Part shown: positions 23,536 through 64,000 of the stretch, in pieces
How positions within the stretch are numbered: the stretch's first letter is position 1
How the letters are laid out: every line of letters begins with the position of its first letter
DNA from: the human T2T-CHM13v2.0 reference genome, Homo sapiens
Assembly (NCBI RefSeq): GCF_009914755.1
Contig: NC_060943.1
DNA length: 64,000 bases
Reading direction: 5' to 3' (one strand)
Notes under the pieces: model-generated
What the model was told of the DNA's origin: nothing
Databases searched by the model: none
What the model saw: the letters and a program-made list of their open reading frames with translations, nothing else
Position numbers and translations under genes: made by a program

Positions 23536-23554
23536 AGACGCCCTCTGGTGGCTA
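23536..23554 (-). promoter_or_regulatory. CTCF core motif
   Basis: Minus strand TAGCCACCAGAGGGCGTCT matches the CCASYAGRKGGCR consensus. Confidence 0.7.
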
Positions 23555-23593
23555 TGGGAAAACTGTGCGTGAGGCATTGGACACAGCAGGTTA

Positions 23594-24596
<1,003 letters not shown>

Positions 24597-25295
24597 TCAA
24601 AAAAAAAAAAAAATTATTGTTTTAAAAACAGAAATAGGTTCAAAGAAAGAGCTGGTGGAGGAGCTGGCAGAGTCACACTGGGGGATAGGGGCAGGGCCAG
24701 CCCAGCTGGAGTTCAGCGAGGACTCTGTCCATCTCAGGATTGCTGGGGGTGGGGACCCACAGTGTCTAGAGCTCTCAAACCGACAACCTGGCCCCTCTCC
24801 GCTCTCATCTTGGAGGTGGCGTCTGCCCCAACCCCCTGCACCCACCCCAGACAGAAGGAAGAAGAAAGGAGGAAATCCCAAATGTGGCTGAACATTAACT
24901 CTGCAACAGCTGAGGAGCTGTGACTGAGTTTGCTGCAATGTGTCCAGATTCCAGGCCTGACCCAAAAGGAGGTCAATTCACAGGAGTAGAATATTCCTTA
25001 TTTGCCTACCTGGAACCCATGAAAATTGCACCCATTGAGAGCGCCCAGGCTGGTTGCTTGCTTAGTGAGAGAGTTACAGGGAACCAGTTGGTGCTGAGTT
25101 CAAGGACCAAGCCAATGCCACCTCCACAGTGCAGGGGAGAGGGGACCAGGTGACACTCCTGAGAGCTGTCTGGAGCCGGGAAGCTGAGGAATGCATGGGA
25201 CTGGGGTCTGGAGTCTTTCCTTTTCCTCTTTCTTCTCATCAGGAAGACCCCCAAAGGCCCTTCTCCGCCCCTTTCAGCCCCACCCTAAATGACTC

Positions 25296-25320
25296 TGTGT
25301 GTGTGTGTGTGCGCGCGCAC
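25296..25320. repeat. (TG)n(CG)n alternating purine-pyrimidine tract
   Basis: tgtgtgtgtgtgtgtgcgcgcgcac. Confidence 0.9.
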
Positions 25321-26924
25321 TCATGAGACTCTAGGGCACATGCGTGTCCACACCCCATATCTTCCCTGTCTGCTTGCACACCTGTTCACACCATGATGCA
25401 GTGTCTGCATGTGTGTGACTTTTCAAGGGTCTCTTTTGGTTCCCCCAGATGCGCCTCCTTGCCTTTCTGGGAAAATCTTATATTCTTCTCCAGCCCATGC
25501 TTTGTAGTCGGCAAAAAACAGATCGAACACCTTTCTGGGAAACTCCATTCAAGTGTGTCACTGCTTAGCCTTTTCTGGGTTAGCATAGTCCCTCTACAGT
25601 TTCTCTCTCTCCCCACTTATTTGTAGATCTGAACCTTAAGGCCAGGGATGGGCCGGGGTGGCTCCTTCAGCCAGGAAAAGCCTCTGAATTCACACTCACC
25701 ATTGCCAAGGGAGGCTCCTGCAGTGCCTGCTGGCATCGCTCTGTTCACCACCTAAAAAGGGAGGGGCTGAGGACACAGCTCCTGTTATGCTGAGGGTCCC
25801 CAGAGCTGCCATCCCACAGGCCCCCTGAACACTAAGAAGTCCCACGGAGCTCAGGCAGGTGGCACCCTGAGGGGATTTTCCCTCCAGGAAACTCAAGACC
25901 CCTGGGTCAGCTTCCTAAGCCCACAGACCCTGCATGCACAGAGCGGGAAAAGGACTAATTACTATTTCTTTTTGTGGATAACAAGCAGAAATTCATTAAT
26001 GAATGGCAGAGCATTCATTCATGCTCCTAGTACCCACCTGCGCTAGGCAAGGCTGCTTCCTGAGGAAATGCACCCCCAGGCCCTGCCCTCAAGAGAGGGA
26101 GGAAGGAGTGGATCATTTGATGTTGTTCTACCAATGTTGCCCAGGTTTAACATCTCTTGGTGACCTCAGCCTTCTCCATCCCTCCTTCCCTAGACCATTA
26201 ATTACCAAATCAGCATTCTTCCTCCCAAAATTCTCTCTATCCCCTCACCTCCACCCCAACTCAGGACTGCATTATTCTTACCTGTTGCAAGAACCTGCAG
26301 TGTCAACTCCCTCCAGTCTGACCTCTGCACTGACCCCAGGACAGAAAACTCAAGCTGTGCTCCTCCTCTACGCAAGCACCTTCCATGGCTCCCCATTGCT
26401 TTCAAAGTTTAAAATCCCTCCATCTTCACATCCAAGACTGTTGTGATATGACCCCTGCCACCTCCTCTACTACTAAATACAGCCATTGCTCCACTCATAA
26501 CAACACTCACTCCTACTTTTACTAAAAACACACCACCAGCATCACCTTCTCCAGGAAGCCTTCTGTAAGAACCCCCAAGCTAGTCATATGCAGTATCTGG
26601 GCTACCAGAAGTCCTGGGTTGTCTCTTCATATTGTCTGTGTTCCTCTGTGTCTCCTGTTAGCCTGTGAGCTGTCGGACCTGGCCTCATCTTATTCCTTTC
26701 TCCAGGAGCATTAAACTTAGATGATAAATCTGTTCCTTGCAATGCTCCTTTCTCTTTCTTTTCATGGTATATGCTTTTTCTCTGGCCACTCTTCCTTAGT
26801 CTCCTCCTCTTCTGACCCCTAATATGATAATTCCCCAGGGCTCAGTCCTAGACCTTCTTATCTCTCCCTAGCTGATGAATATAGACTCATGATTCTGTGT
26901 ACCCAATCTATGCCAAAAAGCCTG

Positions 26925-27380
26925 CATAGTTTGGGTTTCCCCCAGACACAGACTCTGAGACAAGGATTCCAGTGGAAGTAAGTTTATTTGGGAGGTGATA
27001 CCAGATCTGAAGAAGTGAAAGTAGGAACAAAAGGAAGTTTATAAAGCATGTCCTATCAAGTAACTTATCCCTGTAAGCAACTGGGGTCAATCCCACTGGA
27101 GACCTCTGGGTGGCAGCATAGAACATTCACTGCAGAGGGGTAAGGGAGCTGAGGTATGTATACACCCACTCCAGTTGGTTATTGTTGAGGGTTGCTCCTG
27201 AGTGCATTAATTATCCAATACTCCTGTCCTGCTGTACATGTGGATGGAGTAAGCTTTAATGTCCAGAGAAAGCCCTCAGACAAATAGATGCAAGCACCGA
27301 GTGTTGGAAATCAGGCCAATATGCAGTGAAGTTGTCAGAGAAAGTGGATGCGGGCAGGGGACTGACACCATCTGCTGCAT
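26925..27380 (-). mobile_element. ERVL LTR16/LTR33-like element
   Basis: gggtttcccccagacacagactctgagacaaggatt...agtttatttgggaggtgat; related remnants near 15545-15950 and 30300-30650. Confidence 0.55.
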
Positions 27381-27862
27381 GTGGTTTGTCCACTTCATTT
27401 CTGACCATTCTTTGTCACTCTCTTTCTTTACTTTTACTGTTCTGATATTGAAGTAGCTCACGGCTTCAACCTTGACTCTCTTCTCTCTAACTGATTAGTA
27501 CAATCATATGGTTTTAAATACCACTTCCTTACCAGTATTCCCCAAATCTACATCTTAGATCAGCCAACCACTCTGAGCTCCAGATGCATAATCCAACAAT
27601 CAATCATCAACCAATGTGAGGTGGAATGTCAGAAAAAATGTCAGAGTAAGGACCTCCATAAATTATGTCCTCCATAAAGAATGAAAAAGCTAGAAAAAAT
27701 TGTTAGACTAAATTTTTGGGAATTCTAGAAATTAACTAAAGTCTTGCAGCAACTCAGAGAAAATGTATTCAGAAAATTACTGAATATCAGTGAGAACAGC
27801 ATACTCGGCATTTTAACATCTCTGGTCTTCTCCCCCACTCTCCAGCTCCGTGGTCGTCTTGA

Positions 27863-28370
<508 letters not shown>

Positions 28371-28749
28371 TGACCTGGCTCTGAGATAAACCATGCAAAA
28401 AGCCTTCACTCTGGGGGTCCTTTGTTGACAACAGCTACAGGAAGGTATTTTAGCTTCATGGATGCCTGAGGCAGTGAGTGACAGTTGAGACAAATAGACT
28501 AAACCAAAAGCTAGGGAAGGAGCTGTCTATAGAGGCTTTGAAAGGCTCAGATAAGGCTGGGTGCAGTGGCTTATGCCTGTAATCCCGGCACATTGGCAGG
28601 CCAAGGAGGGTGGATCACGAGGTCAGTAGTTCAAGACCAGCCTGCCAACATGGTGACCCTGTCTCTACTTAAAAATACAAAAATTAGGCCAGGCTCAGTG
28701 GCTCATGCCTGTAATCCCAGCACTTTGGGAGGCTAAGGCAGGCAGATCA

Positions 28750-29064
<315 letters not shown>

Positions 29065-29090
29065 TCAGGATATCGAGACCATCCTGGCTA

Positions 29091-29480
<390 letters not shown>

Positions 29481-30964
29481 GGCATGCGCAGAATGTAGGC
29501 AAGGAATGTTACTATACCTTGGGGCTCACAATGGTGGAGAGCCTTTATCGCTTCTATGCCAAAAGGGCCAAGCAGAGGAAACAATAACCCAGACCCACAG
29601 AGGGTAGGTAGCTGGAGGGAGAGCACTGCAGGTACCCTGCAGGCAGGGAGCCAGGGAGACAAATACATTCCACCCTCTAATCCCTCACCTGTGTCTCTCA
29701 TTGGCCAAACCCAAGTGGAAGCCAGAGAGTAAGGAAACCCATTGATGCCATCTACCTGGGTCATTCTCCCAGAGCACAGAGAAGAGTTGAGGAAGATCAG
29801 TGCAGATCTGGAGGCAAAAAGCAGACACTCAGCTGTTTTATCATTGTCCTTTCAGTCAAAAAACCAACTAGGATGTCAATTCCAAAGTCCCCAACCCTTC
29901 CCAACTTCAGCATGCCAATGAAATCACATACATATGAATCCTTGAATCTCATTAGTTAATTTTCCTCCATCACCAGTGCAGGCTTCCTAGTCCTCAACCT
30001 AACATCCTTTTTGCAATCATTCCAGGGAGCTCCCAGTGTGGGTGAGTCTCACATGTGCTTACAAATAAGTCAGCTCCACCAGGTACGAAAGTGGGTTCCC
30101 GCTGTGGGACACTCTTCTTCAATATTCTGTTGACATGAAGCCAAGGTTGCATGATAGAGTGGACAAAATGGGTAGGGAGAAGGACTTTCTCCTCATTTGT
30201 ACAGCACTTGGGAAGAAGAATACCCAAACTTGCTTAAGCCCCAGTAGATATTTTATTTTTTATTCCCAAGAATCTACTCATGCATAAAGCTAAGATGGAC
30301 TTCTCTTGGGCCAATGATTCAAGTGCAAGGAATTTATTCGCAAGATCATTCCAGAAAGCTCTAGTAGGAGTGAGGAAGAGTAGGTTGCTGCTGTGGGCAA
30401 CTGGGGCTTAATCCCAAAGAGCATCCTTTGGGAGACTCTGTGGATCATATCCATGAATTCCCACAGAGAGTGGCGAGGAAGCTGGGGTATTTATCCACCA
30501 TCTCTCATTCATCCCTCATATGTTGAGGGTTGCTCCTGCCCCACACAAGAGAAAGTTCCCAGGTGGAGAGTCTCAGGTGTTCAGTCAGATGCTGTCAGCA
30601 AGCACTAGAATGGTAAGTTCCAAGGGTATACAGGGGTGCACCCCCCATACATCCCTCAACTAGCCTGAAATTACATAAAAGCAGAGACTGGGCCTATATA
30701 ATTCACCATTCTATTCTCAACAACTTGTCCGGGAGTTGGCACACGGTAGGTGCCCAATACAGGTTAGAGGGTAAGGGAATAAACATAAAATAAAGTTGAG
30801 ACAAACCTAAAAGAGACTGTTTCATCTTCAAAGACTTAGCCTAAAGGGGGTGGGAGAGGAGTAAACATTTATTAGAAGCTTCCACAGAATTCATGCTTCT
30901 GCAAACCTGATTGCCCCTAAATTTAGCACATCAGTAGTTCCAAAGAAGAGACTTTAAGACATGC

Positions 30965-31185
30965 TTTAAGACAACAACAGGTGTGAATCTGCCTCCCAGA
31001 TGACAATTGGCAATGTCTGGAGACATGTTATATTGGTTGTCACAACTGGAAAAGGGGTGCTGCTGGTAGCTAATGGGTAGGGACCAGAGATGCTATTAAA
31101 TATCCTACAATGCACAGGACAGCTCCCCACAGCAAAGAATGATTTGGCCCCAAATGTCAATAATGCCGAAATTAAGAAACCTTAG
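30965..31185 (+). mobile_element. MER20 DNA transposon (near full length)
   Basis: ggcaatgtctggagaca...ggttgtcacaactgg...atcctacaatgcacaggacagc...aatgtcaataatgccga. Confidence 0.85.
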
Positions 31186-31231
31186 GTTAGAGGGTGGATA
31201 CGTGAACCAATTGGAGTCAATAGAAAAATCA

Positions 31232-31513
<282 letters not shown>

Positions 31514-32560
31514 CTATCTTAAAAAAAAAAAAAAAAAAAGGAAGAAAGTAAAAGAAAAATCAATCACAATACTAGGAGTTTCTCTCTTCCCTGGAAGGAG
31601 CAATATGGCACCTATTTTGATAACACAGAGAGAAGGCTGGAGCTGTGTGATGTCGGGAAGAGAGGTTCTACTGGGTGCCATGTGGAGCATGTAGATGAAA
31701 CTGATGCCCAGAGAAAGCTGTAGAGATGAAGAGAAACTGAGCCATTGTTGACCACATTTGAGCCACTAGATCAATTCTCCCCTGAAGTTGGTCCTTTTAA
31801 TTTATATGAGCTAATAAACCCCTTTCTTGTTTAAGCCAGTAGACTTTTGTGTCATTTGCAACCAGGAGCACTCCAACTGACAGAATCAACGAACATTAAA
31901 TCCTATCCTCCTTTCCTGAAGACACCAGTGTAAACAGAACCTTGTCTTGGAGCACGACTGGTTGCGAGTAACAGAAACCCACCGAAGCTGGCACAAGTAA
32001 AGAAGTATTTATTACATGGGTCCAAGGTTATCTCCAAAACCCAAAGGAGCATGAAGTAAAAGTGAAATTCATGCAGAACCATGATCAGATACTTAGAAAG
32101 CAATTAATAAATACCTGTTGATCTCAATGGAATGAACACTCAATTAACTGGAATTGATAACTGCACTGGGAGCCGAGATAACCCCCCCAGCCCTCAAGGA
32201 GCCATTTGAGCTCTCATTTCTGATTCTCCCTGAATATTAGCTTCATTCTTCTGCCCTGTTTGCTTGTCTCTTTGCCCACCACCTCGAATTGGCCACTGAT
32301 ATTTCTAAATCTGATTGTGACCTTAAGAGCTCCACCAACTGACAACTTTCTTAGCCTCTCCATTAAAGAAAGTTCTCGAGCAAAAGAATCTGATTGGCTC
32401 AGCTTAAGTCAGGTGACAACCACTAATCCAATCGGTAGTCATCTGCCAAAAGAGGAAGCATAAGTAGACTGGCAAGTCAAATGTATTTACCCCAAGATGG
32501 GAGCTCAAGTTAGCCCTGGGTGGGGGAGATAGAAGTCCCACTGCCACCACTCCCCACCTT

Positions 32561-32606
32561 ACCTAGACACAGACCAACAACACTGAGTGTTAACTATTCC
32601 TTTATT
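32561..32606 (-). terminator. NOTCH3 polyadenylation signal AATAAA (32601-32606) plus GU-rich downstream element
   Basis: Plus-strand tttatt; downstream on minus strand GTGTTGTTGGTCTGTGTC; upstream TGTA near 32632. Confidence 0.88.
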
Positions 32607-33612
32607 AGGTGGTGAGGGGAGTGGGGGGCTGTACAATGCAGGGCTTGGGAATTCAGCTACACAGGGATTTTGACCAGAAGCCATATTACAAAAATAGCCT
32701 AAAAATACCTCTATTCTGCCATAAGGCTGGGCCAGAGGATTACCAGGAAGAGAAAGTACCACTCAGGCAGCTCCTCTTCTTGTAGTCCCACATTTACAGG
32801 GACATAAAGGAATGCATACATCTGCCCTGGCTCCCATTTCCCACCAGCAGCCCCCTAGTTCCCAAAGGGAGATGGCCAAGGGTGGGGCTGGGGCAGAGGG
32901 AGTTGGCAGTGGGCCCTTCCCCAGCAAGGCTATGGAACATGTCCAATCTGGAATGCAGTGAAGTGAGGGAGGTGGGGTGGGGAGGAGGCTCCCAACACTC
33001 CCCCGACCCCTGGCCCCAGTGGGTGCGCCCAAGGGTGCCTACTTGGTACATACCTGGGTCGTGTACTCGGTACACGGGATCCCAGTCATGCCTGTGTACT
33101 AGGTACACAGAATCCAGCTTGGCCGAATGGGCCCACAGACTCAGCCCCACGGGGGCACTGGGGGGTTCACAGGGGGAGGGAGCATCTCCATATATATATT
33201 TTGTAAAAAATAATAATAATAAGTTTGTTTAAATGAATTTGTTTCTATACAAAATGTAAAAAAAAAAAGAAAAAGAAAAATAATAATAATTCATTCATGT
33301 CAGAGTGTAAGGAAATGAGAGGCCAGAAGGAGAGAGAAAGGAATGAGGGAAGAGAGAAGTGGGGAAGAAGGAGGTCCCAGACTCTTCACAAGACTGAGAG
33401 GGTGGGTGGTAGCCCCCACCCATTATAAATAAAGGAAGACTGAAGCCCTGGGCTGATGACCTATCTCGGTCACGCTGCAAGGCAAGGATGCAGGAGGGTT
33501 GGTGGAAAGAGAAGAGGATGAAAAAGACTAAAAGGAAGGAAGAGACAGAGAAAGAAAGGAGGCAGGACGGGGGTCTCTTTAGGCCCCCAAGATCTAAGAA
33601 CTGACGAGCGTC
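32585..33612 (-). other. NOTCH3: NOTCH3 3'UTR (~1.03 kb; cleavage site approximate)
   Basis: Repeat-free sequence between the stop codon and the poly(A) signal; AU/U-rich block at ~33190-33295. Confidence 0.85.
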
Positions 33613-62345
<28,733 letters not shown>

Positions 62346-62454
62346 CTGGGAAGTGGTAAGCAGAAGTCATAGGCAGATCTTCCTGCTCTGCCCAAAAGGC
62401 CCACACCCCTTGAGTATTGTTTTGTCGTTGTTGTTGTTTTGTTTTGTTTTTTGA

Positions 62455-62562
<108 letters not shown>

Positions 62563-63479
62563 TAGCTGGGATTACAGGCATGTGCCACCACGCCCGGCTA
62601 ATTTTTTGTATTTTTAGTAGAAACGGGGTTTCACCAAGTTAGCCAGGTTGGTCTCAAACTCCTGACCTCAGGTGATCTGCCTGCCTCAGCCTCCCAAAGT
62701 GCTGGGATTACAGGCGTGAGCCACCGCGCCCGGCCTGTTGTTTTTATTAAACCTAAACAGTATTTAGTAGCTGCTTTTTTAATCCATTTATTATGAGAAC
62801 TATCAAACATACAGAAAAGTTGACCATTCATATACCCACCACCTAGATTCAACTATTGTTAGCTTAATCTACCAATCTTCTTTTCTAAACCATTTAAAAA
62901 TAAATTGCAGACCGGGCACAGTGGCTCACGTCTATAATCCTAGCACTTTGGGAGGCCAAGGTGAGTGCATCGCTTGAGTTCAAGAGTTCAAGACCAGCCT
63001 GGGCAATATAGTGAGACCCGTCTCTACAAAAAATACAAAGCTTAGCCGGGCATGGTGGCGCACGCCTGTAATCCCAGCTACTTGGGGGACTGAGGTGGGA
63101 GGATCACTTGAGCCCAGGAAGTCGAGGCTGCAGTGAGCTGAGATCATGCCACTGTACTCCAGCCTGGGTGACAAAGTGAGACTCTGTCTCAAAAATAAAA
63201 TAAAATAAATTGCAAACATCCACATATTGTTTTAAAACCTTTTGACTCTTCTGATTACAAAAGGGTCCTACACTCCAGCCTTTGCTTCTGTAATACCCTC
63301 TGCCATGTATGCCCTCTTTCTATATCCACGTTCCCCTCCTAAACATGTTCTCTGATCTTTGCCACTTCCAAAGGTAACTCCCAGTAGTTCCCCATTCCAA
63401 TGGCTTCTGCCCTGAGCCATGCATCAGTGCAATGTCAGCCTCCTCCCAAGCCTCTCCCAGGCTTACACTTCCCGACTAA

Positions 63480-63998
<519 letters not shown>

Positions 63999-64000
63999 AG

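Overview
Human (primate), very Alu-rich sequence that I recognise as the NOTCH3 locus on chr19p13.12. The right half holds NOTCH3 on the minus strand: coding exons 7-33 (62345 down to 33613), all with GT-AG boundaries that splice into one open frame, followed by a ~1.03-kb 3'UTR with AATAAA at 32601-32606. Exons 1-6 lie beyond the right edge. The left half is intergenic. It contains a frameshifted olfactory receptor pseudogene (OR10B1P, 14041-14986, minus strand), a U6 retrocopy inside an old L1, many Alu/L1/L2/MaLR/MER remnants, a recent 146-bp tandem duplication and a strong CTCF motif. Nearly all short ORFs in the track are Alu or low-complexity artefacts. I see no new gene system; this is a well-studied locus. 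The best leads are regulatory or isoform hypotheses: (1) a GC-box-rich intron 26 upstream of a strong-Kozak Met1663 that could give a ligand-independent NOTCH3 intracellular domain; (2) in-frame exon 25 flanked by inverted Alus; (3) two stop-free, Cys-free in-frame introns; (4) tandem triloop hairpins in the 3'UTR; (5) an AP-1/TEAD duplication beside a CTCF site downstream of the gene. Repeat subfamily names, repeat boundaries, exon numbers, cDNA positions and SNP identities come from recall and were not checked against databases.
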